Assembly (NCBI GenBank): GCA_965113315.1
Contig: OZ220368.1
Origin: Podarcis vaucheri
Lineage: Eukaryota
Reading direction: 5' to 3' (one strand)
Length of the DNA: 64,000 bases
A program made the position numbers and the translations under genes. How positions within the stretch are numbered: position 1 is the first letter of the stretch; each line of letters begins with the position of its first letter. Positions 20,489 through 34,711 of this stretch are shown here, one piece after another. The notes under the pieces were generated by a model, which saw nothing but the letters and a program-made list of their open reading frames with translations, was not told the DNA's origin and ran no database searches.

Positions 20489-23400
20489 GTCATGAGGTAT
20501 GCATTTTAAATCTCATGGCAGTTTGGGGCAAAACTTTTATAACTGCATTTCTTCCCACTCATTCATACTTCATGGCTCCAGAATATTGCTTGAAGGACGA
20601 TTGATAGCACAAGTAAGTACATGAGAGGAGTTGTCAAGCTTCCGGTTTCCTTGCGCCACCATTTGAGCTTTCTGTCTAAAGACATACAGATTGGTGCTGG
20701 ACTGGGCAGGAATTTGCCTTTTCAGGCAGCTCCTTTGAAATGCCATCCCTTTTTTGGACATCTGCTATAACGAAGTGCTGTTTTCTGGCGATCATGTTTT
20801 TCTGGTTAAGGCAGAGGCAACGTCTTGTGCTTCCCTGGTGACCTGAAAATACTAAGCTGGCTTCACTGTACTATATAGGTTTATACAATATGCAAATACT
20901 TCTGCTCCCAAAATGTGCCTGTTCTTTTGTCTGCCCCCTGGTGTTTATTCCCCTAGAACCTAAGTTCATTTCTTGGTGGTGGTGGGGAGAAATGTTTCTG
21001 CTTCAAAAACAGGAGCTGCTGCACCCCTGAAACCATAGTAGTGATGAAAGCCATTTCCTGCCTTGCTGGAGATGGTTCCAATTTATGTCCTTTATGTTTT
21101 TACTGAGTGTGATAATCCTTTGAAGTCAAGATCTGTTTCGACTTCGGGGGGGGGGGGAGTTTCAAAAGCGGAAATTGCGCTCCATCTTACAGCATGATCC
21201 TCAGTTGCAGGGGATGGGTTGCACCATTGGCCTCTCTAGAGGTCTTATTAAAATGTAATTATTTGAAAGCTCTTAAAGAATTAAAATGAGAACGCAGAGG
21301 GGCAAACGCAACACCACCTTGAATTCAGCTACACAAAATAGCTATACTGTACCTTGTTCTGAAGGATGGTGTGACTAGCAATAACAACAAAAAACCCCTC
21401 CTAAAAACATACTTGTAAGAAGAACAATGATGTTGTGATACATGTAACCAATATGCAGTAGTTACCAGGATTTTATCCTTCAGGTGTCATTGCTGAAGTG
21501 TTCGGCTCTGGAAACCCTAAAGCAGCAGTACTGATTTGTGTGAGGTGGTGAAACTATGAAAATCCTCGATAACCTTATTTACTATTTTTCTTCTGAACTA
21601 CCTTTTCTAAATAAATGTAGTGCCCTTGAGAGGTCCGTCAACTTTGGGTGTGCTGCCATAATATTACAGGCCATTTTCAGCATGTCTGCTTCTCTCGAAT
21701 GACATCCATTTCATGCATTACATGCCTTATCTGTCCACAACTTCTTTTTATAGCCAAAGTCACCTTGAGTTGACAAAGCAAATATGCACGCATCCTGCCT
21801 CAATCCCTCTTGTGCTGTGGTTGCATTTTGGCTTACTCCTCGTCCAGGAACTGCTTTTTCAATTTACATTCTTTCCCTGCTGTACAGTCACCTCTTTTCT
21901 TGCTGTCAGCAACTCACTTGGAGGAAGGAAGGTAAAAAACTGAGTTTGACACTGAAGCAGTGTCGTTAGGCTCTCTGGGCTGCTTGATCACTTTGTGACG
22001 TGGCTGAACAAAGACACAGCTCAGCTATATCAGCTTAATCAGCTGGAATGTTCAGCAATTAAGCCTTTTAAATTATTGACAGGTTGGACTTTATCATTTT
22101 AGTAGTGAGACCTTTGATGCAGAATTCAGTTTCTTTTCTGGCCCTGCTGCCCCATTTATGATCTGTCCTCCTATGCAATATAATTATTGTGAAGAACTAA
22201 ATTAATGAAGCATAAACCAGGCACACCAGCATTAGGATTTCCTAATAGTCACAGCATAGATGGGCGGGATAAGGATACTATGTTGTGTGTCCCTCACAAA
22301 AATGTTTGGAGAGTTTGCTAACCTTTTTGTGTTTTTGTCTTATGGGCTTAGTGCCCTGTGCTTTAAAAAAATAAAATAAAATGACTCTCACAGTTGAAAA
22401 TTAAGTAAATTATGTTCAGGGATCTGTTTAGCCAAACGGTTGTGGAGAGCTTTTGGTTGCAGCCTGGATTTAGTCAATAAATCTCTATGCTTCAGTCAAT
22501 GAAGAAGAGAAGAGTAGAATGGAATGCAAGCTAATGGAAGATATTTGCTTCTGCAGAAAATTCTAGGTTGCTGTACCACAATCATCCCAGAAGTAACAAA
22601 AAGGATGCTGTTCCATTGGATTTGTGTTGCCTTTTCTGCAAATTGTTGTCACATGGATGTTGTATCTCATATTTTGAGATTATGTCAAGATTATTCCCCA
22701 TCCTACTGGCCCAGTAAAACTTTCTGTAGGGTGTTTATATCCTCAGTTATATCTTCATCATTGTGTTTTCTTCACTTATTATTACACCATATTGAAAGTG
22801 AAATGCATTAGACATTTCTTTCTTTAGAAAATTGGGTCCTTTTAGAGTCTGCATTGGAAACCCTTCTGAAGCAATTGCCTTTGATGCTATAAAAGCAATT
22901 TCAAAGCACTTAATTGTCTGTATACTTGGCCTTTAGCATTCATACAAGATTTTAGTTCCATTTATACTAGAGAAAAATGCCATGAGCACATAAATTAACA
23001 CTTGTGTTTCATGCCAGTTTGGGACAGTAAGGCATGCTGACCATTTTTTCCATACGCATATATGAAAAAGTGTGTGCTTGTATTTAGAGGGGTGTTTTTG
23101 AAGATTCTGCATCAGTGGTGTTTAGTGTAAAGCTACTGTTTGGCTAAATTGTGGAGCACAAATTCAGCACAGGGACACTTACAGACTGCACAGGCTATAA
23201 GGGTTGTGTATTGTGACAGTATTCAGCATTGTACAAACCAGTTTCCCTTTCTACTGCAAATACTACCACATGTTGTAAAGTGAAGGATAGCATTAGACTC
23301 ATTTTAAAGCAATTTACCTCAGCTGCTACAGCTATCCCCTTTTGCTATGCAAAGCCACATTGGCTGGGATGTGGGCCATTAAAAGCTTTTATAAAGATAC

Positions 23401-23806
23401 TTAACTGCCCCATTGGTGCTCTTCCAACCAGCATTAGTCATCTGTCAGTACCTTGCAAAAGGACTTTAAAAGTGCTGTGCGCAAGGTTTTCCTGATGTGG
23501 TTTTCAGCCATGGTGAAGTTTCTCACTCCATTTAAGAGCTATAATTTGTCACCTTTATGGTGTTTCGTTAAATTTGAAACTTGGTTAGGTTCAAGCCTTA
23601 AGAGAATGAACTGCATTCTCTGTGGTTTCTTTTTTGGTTAGTCCAGTGCTTTAGTATGTTGTCCAGCTTCTTCTGTGCTTTCACTGCTCTCCACCTCTCG
23701 TTGCTGCTCTTCTTTTTTTCTTGCTTGCCAATTGAATTCATGTTTCTGTGCTGTTTTATATTCTCTGTTTTGTCTTTGTCTATCTCCTCCATGTCTCACT
23801 TTGCAG

Positions 23807-23941
23807 AACCTTCACCAGCTCAAACAGATTCACACTTTGAGGCAGATGAATGAGCAGCTGCTGGCCGAAAACAGGGCTTTGACCCGGGTTGTAGCCAGGC
23901 TCTCGCAATCCGCTGAGACCCCAGAGTCAGAAGAGCTATAG
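23807..23941 (+). CDS. PPP1R12B: PPP1R12B alternative C-terminal exon, [44 protein letters not shown]
   Basis: cag acceptor after a long pyrimidine tract, phase 0 after ...EEEMK. Matches the known alternative MYPT2/M21 C-terminus [18 protein letters not shown]. Confidence 0.93.
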   Translation, partial: NLHQLKQIHTLRQMNEQLLAENRALTRVVARLSQSAETPESEEL

Positions 23942-24289
23942 CATCTCCCCCTCCAGTTGATCTCTCCTCTCCTTCCAATCTTCCAGGCAGGTCTTTGCTC
24001 TTATTGTCTGACTGAGCTATTCCCTACCCTTTCTACAATCTTCCTAAATGTGGCAGATAAGGAGCGTGACACTCAAATAGCAGTATGGAAGTCACTGCCT
24101 GTTCATATACTAAACTTTGCATTTCTAATGCATACAAGGTACTTCAGTCACTTCTTTTCAGGTATACATTTCCCCCATATGGGTTCTGCATCTCAGGATG
24201 ATCACCAGCCTAATAATAGTTTTGTTCAAGCTTTATTTTGCCTTTTTAAAGCGTTGTTGGGTAAGCATTGGATGAATGAAAGAGGCAGA

Positions 24290-24346
24290 ATCCAGCCACC
24301 TGGTTTCCAAAATCCAGACACAAAAATCCAGCCACCTGGTTTCCAT
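24290..24346. repeat. Local direct duplication of aatccagccacctggtttcca
   Basis: Two identical ~21-nt copies about 15 nt apart. Confidence 0.85.
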
Positions 24347-24611
24347 GACTGTGAAAAAGAATAACGCAGTTCTGAAGGTAAATGTAGGATATCATTAATA
24401 CTAACAAAATATATGTAAGTGATCAGAACTGGGACATACGGCTCAGTGTTAAAGATGGTTATGTATTGAATATTTTTATGAAATGGTGTAGTATCTGGTG
24501 TGAGCTAACACTGATGTAATCCAGCAATGTTAAAAAAACACAGTTTTGTCATTGGGGAGGTAGGTTGTATTCTAGCTGTGGTTTTGTAAGGATCTAAAGC
24601 TTTTAGACGGC

Positions 24612-24963
24612 GGGACACGGGTGGCGCTGTGGGTTAAACCACAGAGCCTAGGACTTGCCTATCAGAAGGTCGGCGGTTCGAATCCCCGTGACGGGGTGAG
24701 CTCCCGTTGCTTGGTCCCTGCTCCTGCCCACCTAGCAGTTCGAAAGCACGTCAAAGTGCAAGTAGATAAATAGGTACCGCTCCAGCGGGAAGGTAAACGG
24801 TGCTTCCGTGCGCTGCTCTGGTTCGCCAGAAGCAGCTTAGTCATGCTGGCCACGTGACCCGGAAGCTGTACGCCGGCTCCCTTGGCCAATAAAGTGAGAT
24901 GAGCACCGCAACCCCAGAGTCGGTCACAACTGGACCTAATGGTCAGGGGACCCTTTACGTTTT
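24612..24963 (+). mobile_element. Sauria SINE, full length
   Basis: tRNA-like head (ggtggcgctgtggg, B box ggttcgaatccc), aagtagataaataggtacc core and accttt-type tail. taaagctttt is repeated at 24595-24604 and 24964-24973. Confidence 0.92.
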
Positions 24964-27900
24964 TAAAGCTTTTCTGCTAATTGTGCATGTAAGTTGTGAG
25001 AGAGAAAGTACCGGAAACTGCAAAACAAAGATCCAAGTCCTCATGTTTGTTTATTTATTACAAAATTTTCATACTACGCAGATAACTATCCCCCCCAAAA
25101 AAATACTAAATATGTGGGGGGCAACAAATTAAAGAACATGCAGCATTTTTATTTAATGAAAGCCATTATTGAATAGTAAAGCTTATAAATGGTATGTGTT
25201 CATCAGAAAAAGTAGGTATAGGAGGTTTTTTTTAAGGACTAGATAGCTTCATGGAAGATATGAGTATCAAGACCTGAGGATGCCTTTGTCAGAGGTCAGG
25301 CCTATGTGGGTGGGAAAAAAATTGAGTGGCCCCCAGTAAAGCAAGAGTGCCTCAGGTTTTCCCAACACTATAAAGATTCTACCCAGTTAGGATGGCGTTT
25401 TGCAAAGCACACATGAACAAAATAAAACCAGTTGTTTTGTTATAATGTTCTTTACTGGTGCTTTGAGCTCTCCTGAAGCTTTTAAGTTGCACACGGTGTT
25501 TGTTTTATGTGCTCGGTGTCTTATAGGTTGGCATGTTATGCTTGCTACATATAGCAGCTCTAATGCAAAAGTGTAAGTATTTTTCTCTTGAGAACTTGGA
25601 TCAGTGAAGCAAAGATTTGGTCCTTTGATACTTTGTCCCTGTATGTTGCAATTCATCTGACTGAAATGTCACTATAAGGTACCATGTTTCTTTGCAGATA
25701 CTAAACATTACAGGGACATACCATTCAGGCACATTGTCTTCTATTTCACAGTTGTATTACTTAATATACCTGGAATCTACATTTGTACTGTACATGCAGA
25801 AAAGTGCTTTTCTGGGTATTCATGGAAACACCATTAAAGCTAGTTGGTTCCCCCCATACATATATTTTCATAGCTTGTGTTTAGTGTGAATGTTTTAAAT
25901 GGATATCATGTAGTGAATCCTGCATAATAGTTTTGGGGAACACCAGATGTGTTGTGTAGTAAATTGCACATTAATCATTTTGTCCTCCTTGCCCTAATTT
26001 GACTAGTCATCTCTCATGTTTGGGCTAATTTGCTTTGAAGGAACTACTGAAGGATGCCATTGGACTGATGGTAGAACTTGTTCTGACACCCCAAGTTTTG
26101 TTAATGATCTCACTTGGCCCTGCTTTCCTATGATAAAATGAAAATAATGGTTGTACCTGTCAAAGACATTCTAGAAAGTGTATGTCTGACTGTTGTTTGC
26201 AGGCTCATCCTATAACTGCCTATACAACATTAACTATTCACACCATCGTGTGAAGCTCAGGATGAAAACTATGAAGTTCAGCTATCATTGTTATACCGGA
26301 AACCTATTTGCATATTCAGGCCCCACAAAGAGAAAAGTTGAATGCTGATTTTATAAATCCAATACCATTCCAATCTCTGCTTGCAATTTTTGGCGATATT
26401 CAAGCAAATATTAAAGAACTCTGCTAACCTGGGATGAAATACCTCACCATTAAGGTTTTGTTGCTACTGACTGGTCAAATAAGTGTGACTACATCTGTTG
26501 CAAAATGTCCTAAATTTGCAGCATCTCACGTTACCTGTAGCAAATCATAAAGTTTGTCCCTCCAGTATTGACAGTAAATCTGTGGTGGTTGCCTTTCTAA
26601 ATATTCAGAATGCCAAGTACTGTATAAAAATTGAAACACTGAACAGGATTTGGGATTGTGCCTCTTTACCTTTCTCATTGCTAGGCTAGGTCAAAGGGCC
26701 ATCCACGTTGGCATGGATGGAGGAGAGTGTGTGTACTTCTTATCCTATCATGTGTCAAAGTGGCAAGGTCAGCAAGCTGTCAGTCATGTATTCCCATTAG
26801 CGACAGGCTCCCAGTAAGTCTGTGTGCAGAAAGGTCACATAACATAGCCCCCTCCCCCTTCTGCCATGGTTGGAGTGTCCTTTGTGGCTTTATCTTGACC
26901 TAGTCTCTTCTCCCTGGGCTAGAGGTTGTGCATCATTTCAATATCCCTGATCAGGCCAAGCACCCGGTCATTTATTTCAACAGAGGACAACCTCTAGGAA
27001 TTCCTGGGAGCTTGAGCGGTTGGCAAAATGCTCAGGAGTCTGGAAAGCAAGCTGTCATAATTAACCATGTGCTGCATACCTCAATTAGTAAAGGCATAAG
27101 AATTCCAGACTTAAGCCATGGCCCAAAATAGATCACTCTTGGTTGTCCTTGCCCCAAATCACTTAGCATTTCTAGGCACCCAGTACTAACCCTTACTTTT
27201 AATGCAATATATAAATATATTGCATTAAAACAAAACTTTTATCTCGTAAATTAGTTGTTAATCAAAGAGATATTTTGTTTTATTTAAAGAGTCCAGTTTT
27301 GGTCTATGATCTACTGTATATTTTGATTAGTTGTTCCTGAGATCAAGAAGTAGGCTTTCATCTACGTTGAGATGCAACTGGATGCCATTTTGAATCAAGA
27401 TGCAGACGGAACCTTTTAAAACTGCTCTGGGTTTTTTTTTTTTTGTTTTGTTTTGTTTCTTGAGCAATGCTGGGTATGAAGCTGCTGGTATTTCATAACT
27501 TGCCCGAAACATAATTGGGTGCCTGCTGTCAATGGAAAAACTACTGGCTGGAGGTTACCAACACTTTCCAAAAGTCAATCCACCTGCATAAATTGCTGCC
27601 TCCTAAGTCACTGGTGTGGGTGGGGTGCAAGGATAGATTTGAATCAAATGTGCATGATAATACCGAGACCTTGTGAGCAAAGTATCCCTTCTTGACTATT
27701 GCTTGCACATGTTGAAAAAGACATTAACATGGCACATAGCATGTAACAGAAATCGCACCCAACCCCACTGTTGGGCTGTAATTGTGACTGCACATGGAAG
27801 TATAATGTGTGAACCAACCCTAAGTTTTCTGAAAGTATGCAACTTTTCCTTCTGAGTTTAAAAGTGAGAGATTTCTTTTGCATGGGATTTATCCAGGTGT

Positions 27901-28342
27901 GAAGGAACAATGCTACAAGGCAAGTGCATTTCCTAAAATGAAGTAAAGCGAAAGAGAGCAAGTAGCATTGTCCAGGACGAAATGCCTTTCAAGTTATGAT
28001 AGATTGCAATTGTTCTTCAAAATGTACTTCTTTCTCATAATATTTCTGGGTATAATTTAATGGGCTTAAAAATGTCCACGAGTGTGACGTCTAATATAAC
28101 ATACTCACTCAAGTAGATGCTGCTCTGTATATGTGAGAATGAAAGAGTCAAATTCATGTTTAATCTTAGAGATATGAATATGAAATGGATACACTTCGTT
28201 GGTGTGGCTTAGTTGCTTTTGAGATCAAATCCATTTTCGATTAACACTAGAAATGCTTTCGTTTGAGTGGTCGTGTGTTTCTCACTGCATAGGAATTTCA
28301 GGACAACCAATACTGAATTGTTTGGATCTTGTCTTTGAACAG

Positions 28343-28429
28343 GTTTTGACAGAACTGAAGTCCGACAATCAGCGGCTGAAAGATGAAAATGGAGCCCTCA
28401 TCCGTGTCATCAGTAAACTCTCGAAGTAG
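28343..28429 (+). CDS. PPP1R12B: PPP1R12B last coding exon (leucine zipper), [28 protein letters not shown]
   Basis: cag acceptor; hallmark MYPT terminus; TAG at 28427-28429. Confidence 0.97.
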   Translation, partial: VLTELKSDNQRLKDENGALIRVISKLSK

Positions 28430-30820
28430 TATATTGAACATAGGATGGGCAGAAAGAGGAGATATTTGTGCACATGCTGCCAACCCTGCCACCTGCTTCT
28501 GATCTTCCAGTTGAAAGAGCAGCTGGCATTTCAGACACGGATCAGCTAGCCCCACCCTTCACTGCTCTTTGCACCTTGCTAGGCATTCCCATATTGCACA
28601 GTGCTTATCCTTCCCCCCCCCCCAACACAGCATGCCCTGCCATGTTTTAATATTTTTGGAATGTTGAAGTAACTCATTTGAAGGGACAAAGACTGGGTTG
28701 GCACCGTCTGAGCTGCCCAAACAATCTGCTGTAAGCTCCATATCCGTCCACCATAATCTGATGTAAAGAAGAATCTACTGTAATAAGTGATATAGAAGTG
28801 ACTCCATAGCGTTGACCCAACATGTCTTAAGATACTGTCTTGGAGTAGGAATAATGAGTGAAACTAGGAATTGCCACTGAGGATTTATCAATCTCCATTC
28901 TGGAATTTGGAAGTCTGCGGTGCTGGTGAAAGCCATGATGACTTATTTCTCTGGGAGTCTGACAACAGTCACTTGGCTTGGAGACTCGTGTTTTCCATGT
29001 GTCTCAGTAGCTAACTGATTTATTTAATGTAAGATTTTTGATAATTTAATTTGGGGATCCAATCACTGGCTCCCCTTTCTGTTTTGCTTCACTTTTGCCT
29101 GCTACCCTTTGATGGTTCTTGCTGTTTTTTCCATGGGTGCCTTCTTTGGTACTGTTTAATAATAACGTGATCTTACAGCCTCTGCATTCTTTGGCTAACA
29201 GTTTGCCCCTTGATTTTTCAAGACTTCTGGTGGAAAGAGAGTTAACCAGCAAAAAGTGCTTATTGAATGAAATCCCATAGACACAATGCCAAAATACTTC
29301 TTTATTAGCAAGATGTTTGGTTTTTCTACATGAAAAACCTCACAAAAGACCTGGGCAAACAAATCACATTTATGTTAACTTGCCAATGGATACGCATTCT
29401 GTTGAATAGGTGAGTGTTCTCAGTTTTAACAACAGCAAGGTTTGAGGGATGATGGATAGATGTGCATATCCCTGTGGAAAATGATGAGCCTCAATCTTGG
29501 TGGAAAGTCTTTACAGTAGCATTCTATGATGTCTGAGAATTTTGATACCGTGATCATTTGCGCAGTTTTAAGACATGAATTTGCATTTAATGAGGGCATC
29601 AACAGCAGGACCTACATTTCTCAAAAAGCCATTTCTCTGCATACTGGAAATGAACGAATTCATGTTTATGGGTTATCATGATGCAACTAATTTGCCCGCT
29701 CTGTTCTTCTGGATACTACAGAGAACCAGATTTCATCTGCAGAACCTGTTAAGGAGTTTCCTGTCAAAATGCAACTTGCCAGTGCATTCTTTTAATTCTC
29801 ACAATTATTTAAAATAAGGAACTTTGGGATCTGAGAATAACTACTCTTGAAAGCATACAAGTGAGCAGTAGAAATTCAGACATTTAATTCAGCATTTATC
29901 AGAGGGGGAAGGTGCTTTTTTGATCAGTTACGAATCAGCTCTGAGATGAAGACAGAATTGTGCAAAGAGACTCAGCAAGACTTCATCTTCCTTTCTTACC
30001 CCCATGCACTCTCAGAATTTCCAGAGGGGCCCCTCAACCCTTGAGCAAGTTTGAGGGCATACCAGAAGGAAGGAGAGGACGTTGGAAGTCCCATTGCACA
30101 ATTAGAAATCTGTTTCACTCAAATATGGAGACTCCATATGTTTGCACTTTGTTTCTGAGTAGAACTGTATGAATTCAGTTAAAAACCAGTGGATATCATC
30201 TTTACATAGAAGCACCTCAAAAGACTAATTCAGGCTTCTACTTTGGTGAAGATAGCTTGTCCCTTTGAACAGAAACAATGTAAACTCCGAGTTCCTATCA
30301 GACTATTGCTTAAAAAAAGAAAGAAGCACCAGAAATATTTTCTGACATTATGTTTCATTTTAAGAACAGCAGATAGTCAGGATTCTGGATGGGTCAGATA
30401 AATTACCTGGTACAACCTCTTATACTCTACTAATTTTATGTGTTGCTTTTCTTACATCCAGTGCTTTTCTTCAACAGTCACCTTCCTACCAACCTTGTTT
30501 CAGAGCTAGAAAGGCTTGGGGGGGGGTTGTTTTATACTGGCCACAACATGCACTGATCTCTGTGAGTGGTATCTTCCAGCTCAAGCATTCTAGCTCACCA
30601 GTCTAGCTGATTTTACACTGGTGAGAGTATTTTGCTGAACTTTTTCAGACTCTGCCATTTAACATCACAGAAGGAGCAGGCATCTGGTGCTTATGGTCCT
30701 TTCTATAATGATCCCTACATTCTCCTGTTGGCAGTTCTCACTAAGCATATAGTAGGTTAAGTATATCTCACAGTTTATTGTGCGGACCTTAAAAGACACA
30801 GACTATGGTGACTAATGCAG

Positions 30821-30945
30821 CAAGGATGGCGTGCCTGTGGCCCTGCAGAAGTTGGAGGGCTCCAATTCCCCCCAGCCCCACACAACATGGCCAGGGATGG
30901 TGGGAGTTGGAGTCCAGCAGCATCTGAAGGACCACAGATGGCCAC
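30821..30945. mobile_element. Short hAT-like squamate MITE copy inside the 3' UTR
   Basis: cctgtggccc...tgggagttggagtccagcagcatctg; palindromic family motif. Confidence 0.55.
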
Positions 30946-33900
30946 AGTGATACAGCATGAAGGATGGTGACCGATGAAGTTGAGACTTTTTAACGTTGGG
31001 ATTCGATATTTAAACTTGAATTCTGTCCAGCCTGAAATTATGTGAGCAAATTAATCCTCGTGACAAGCCAAAACACTATGAAGTCTAGTGCTACTGAAAG
31101 TTACTTAAGCAGATTATTTTGGGGGGTCACCAATATCAGTGTTGTCCTCCAAGTATCCTGTGTCTGACATTCTGGGCTTCATGTCATGTAACAGATAATC
31201 AATTTTTTACTTATTTTAATACATAGCTTTGTCTTCCTTAGTAAGGCTTCCCTAAACCAATCACCTGAGAACCCATTTTTATTCCAGTATTAAAGTTAAC
31301 ACTGGCCTGGATTGGACAACCATCTCATCTTAAAAAACTGAGGTATGAATGAGAGTTCTGCCCCCCCCCCATCAAGCTGTTATTTTGTCCAAGCTGTGAC
31401 TAAACCAGGAATAACTTGGGGGAAAGCCTGGATCTTAAATCTTAGTTTGAATTTGGTTTGACAATCCTGTCTTGTTCCAAAGCTGGTAGCCATAGTTTCA
31501 CAAACTGGAAAACACTGGTAAATAGAGGCCCTTGTTGAAACACAACTCACTCAAAAGGGAGCAGCCGAGGGGCTGTGAACAGGAGCAAAATCATATCTTG
31601 ATTGATTAAGCTGATATATGATTGTTCAAATGCAGGCTATTATTTTAATACAATGTTTTAACCAAGGGAGTAGACAATTCAGGACAGTCTACTCATAAAC
31701 AAATTCATGCCTGTTTTTAAGAAAACCCAGAGAGAAAATATTACTGCTACTGAATTATGATTGCTTTGTACTGGTGCGTTTTAGTGTTCCAATGGATTTT
31801 ATATAATGTTAGCTATAAGTGTGAAGTCTGCTGGAATATTCTCTACATAAAGTACAAATTATGCGGAGAAAGCATTGCAAGTTTATTCTGTGAGCTGTGA
31901 GAGCTTTTAACTGGAAGGCACTGGGTGGTTTTTCTTTAAACTCTTCTGCCTCACTGCTTTCTTACTCCCAGAAGCTTCTACAGCTCAGTGTACATCCTAA
32001 GACGTACTTGCATGTCGAAGGTCTTAGAAACCTCTTCCACATCTGTGTTGAAGTTCCAGTGCAACTTTTTTGATATAAGAAGCAGAGCTTGGAGTAAGGA
32101 AGGAGCAGGTTTCATTGCTTGCAAATTGTGAACGCGAGGTTTATGTGCGGTGGCTTGTTGGTCTGAAGCAAAGTTTCAGAAGAAACTAGAGGCATGCAAA
32201 AGGGCCAAGTTGAAGGAAACAAATGCAGATACAGAAGTAGTATTGAGAGCTGACATATTGTGGTTGAATGCCTTGCATTAAAGGAGGTTGTGTTGTACTG
32301 CTAAAGTACAACATGAATAATATGGATGAACAGCTGTCATATGCAGAGAACTCTTAACCAGTGGAATGGAAATGGAATTTTAAGTGGGGGGGGGGGGTAG
32401 ATTTAGAGCTGCAAGAGCATGTGTACTTGATTTGATCTGTATTTTGTGACAGCTGATGATGCAGCATCTGTGCACTGTCCATATTGATTTACTGTTAATG
32501 GAAGGAATTAAAGAATGACTCTAGAGATCTGACCAGATATAATTCAGTCAGTCATCTTCAGTAAGTCAGGGTTTAAGAGTGCACTGTGTTTTATCAAATC
32601 AGCTAATTTCAGATTTATTGGTGGTTTCTAGTCCACATAGGAATAATTATTATCAGAAGCCAGTCTATAGAAATCTGATAGCAAAGTATTTGATGCCATA
32701 GGACTGACTTCTTTTAAGGGCTGTGGATACAATACAGTCGGTGGCTGTTCATTAGCATTTAAAAGTCTTATTCTCATGGGATAACCAGGAATGTTAAGTC
32801 TTGCCATGATGATATTTGCCAATAGGTCAAGTCGTATTCAACTCCCTGACTGTACTTGGGAGACTTAACAGTTGTTTTTCATTAGGGAATAGCTAGTCTG
32901 TTCCCAAGGCTGGTGAGCTTAATGTATGCCTGTAGATGGTAAAGAGCAGAATGTAGTCCTTTTCCCCACAAAGGATATTGACTGAATATCTCTCCCCTGT
33001 CCTGCCAATTCTGCCATTACCAAGTGATGGTAGGTCGCCAAGGCCTTGGATTTACTGACAGTGAATAGAAATCATGATTGAAATCAAAATATACTTGAGA
33101 GATGATTTCTACTGTATCATGTTTGCTTTCCCCCATAACCACTATAATTCTTTCTGAATTAGAGAGTTGTTTGTGAGCAGGGTCTTAGCACGTTTCTGGA
33201 CGACTTCCAAATTCCCACTTTGATTCAAATGCAGATTCTCCTTAACAAACATGTCTCCAATTTTTTTGAATGGGTGTTCATCTGTATCTGAGAGTGATCA
33301 TCTTTTGCTGGGACTCCTTGCAAGCGAGTCAGAAGGCAGAAATGTCTCCCCCCCGCCCACCCCGAGATAGAAATTTGTCCTTTGCACTCACACTGATGCC
33401 CCCTACTTTCATCTTTGTTTTCCTTTATTCTACTTCACTCCTGCCATATTAGCCCACCTGTTGCACAAGGCAGCTTCTCAACTTAAAGTCCAGCATTTTT
33501 GGATGTACTCCTTCCTTCAGCGATGTTAAGGGGCCTGTTTCAAAAGGCAATTTTAAGTTTATTTCAAGCTAGCAGACTCCCCAAGGCCTTTTCCCTGAGT
33601 GACTTAGGTTTGGATCATGATCACCTTCATGTTTGGAAATCCTTTTGCATGATTCTCCTAGAAGCAGCATGCTCCATGAAGGGCTTTTTACCAAGATTAA
33701 CTCCACAAGCAGCTCACAGGTGAAATTTAACCCAATTCCTAGGGGCAATTCTTTTCTTCCTCTGTTCCTTTCCCCCTGACAACTGTTTTCTCTTTTCCTG
33801 GGGCAAATCGGACCCTTGGCGTATGTGACCTTCAGGGTGTTCTCAGTAAATACTCTCGAAAAACAGCACAGCCCGAGCTGTTGCCACAGAGCCTCTTGTG

Positions 33901-34274
33901 TTGTCCCCTCCCCTTGCTTCCATCATGTTGTTGAGGAATCTAGTAACAAGTCCCCTCTGCAAATGCTAACTCGTGGAAAAGAGTGGTGTTATGCACTTGG
34001 CTCGCTAACTTCCCAAGCTGCAAGTATTCTGTACTTACCTGTTTTAAGGAGAGTTTTACAGATTGTTGTAAATACACTACTTGGAGAAAAGACTAGCCTG
34101 TGAGTGATGAGAAAGAATGTATTTTTATGCAATTTTTTGAGTGGCCTTTCAAACTCTTGAGATGAATGGTTTTTGTTTTCTTGATTGTTATATAGTATTC
34201 TAAGTATATGTTTGAAAGTTTGGGGATAATATTCACATCTATGATGCTTGTAAACACAACAGTATTTATAAATG

Positions 34275-34280
34275 AATAAA
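34275..34280 (+). terminator. Probable PPP1R12B poly(A) signal
   Basis: AATAAA downstream of several TGTA motifs and U-rich blocks. Confidence 0.65.
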
Positions 34281-34649
34281 GTGCTTTAACACAGCCTGAG
34301 TTTATCTTAATAGTGACAGCATGGTCTTAGGATGCTTTGGTGAGTCACTGGGGAAGTAGAAGTTTCCCATCTCCTCATGAATGTTTGCTTTGAACTAAAG
34401 TTACATTTGTCTTAGTCAGATGGGAAACTTGATGCAGTGGCCGAAAATAATAGCAACACGTGAAAGTCTCAAACTGCATGAGGAGCCAAGTGATGTAGAT
34501 CCTATCATCCCTCTTAACTTAGCATTTGCTACATTTCTTTGCCATTGGAAATATGGACCAGGACAATATGAAGGGGCTGTTGAACTGTGATAAAGAGACA
34601 TGCGAATGAAACAATGGCAATATGCCACATTTTTATATCTAATGGCTAA

Positions 34650-34711
34650 CGCCGCAACCCCAGAGTCGGCCATGACGGGACCTAATGGTCAGGGGTCCCT
34701 TTACCTTTACC
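34650..34711 (+). mobile_element. 5'-truncated Sauria SINE (3' end only)
   Basis: cgccgcaaccccagagtcgg...ggtcaggggtccctttacctttacc matches the 3' end of 24612-24963. Confidence 0.85.

Larger units (their letters stand above)
28430..34295 (+). other. PPP1R12B: PPP1R12B long 3' UTR (inferred extent)
   Basis: Runs from the stop to the AATAAA at 34275, which is preceded by TGTA/U-rich UTR-end sequence. The end point is inferred. Confidence 0.6.

Noticed and set aside
24612-24690. tRNA gene
   Set aside because: The A/B boxes belong to a SINE head; there is no cloverleaf and the sequence continues into the SINE body.
26686-26903. ctaggtcaa...ttgacctag inverted ends
   Set aside because: Only ~9 bp and no clear TSD, which is insufficient to call a MITE.
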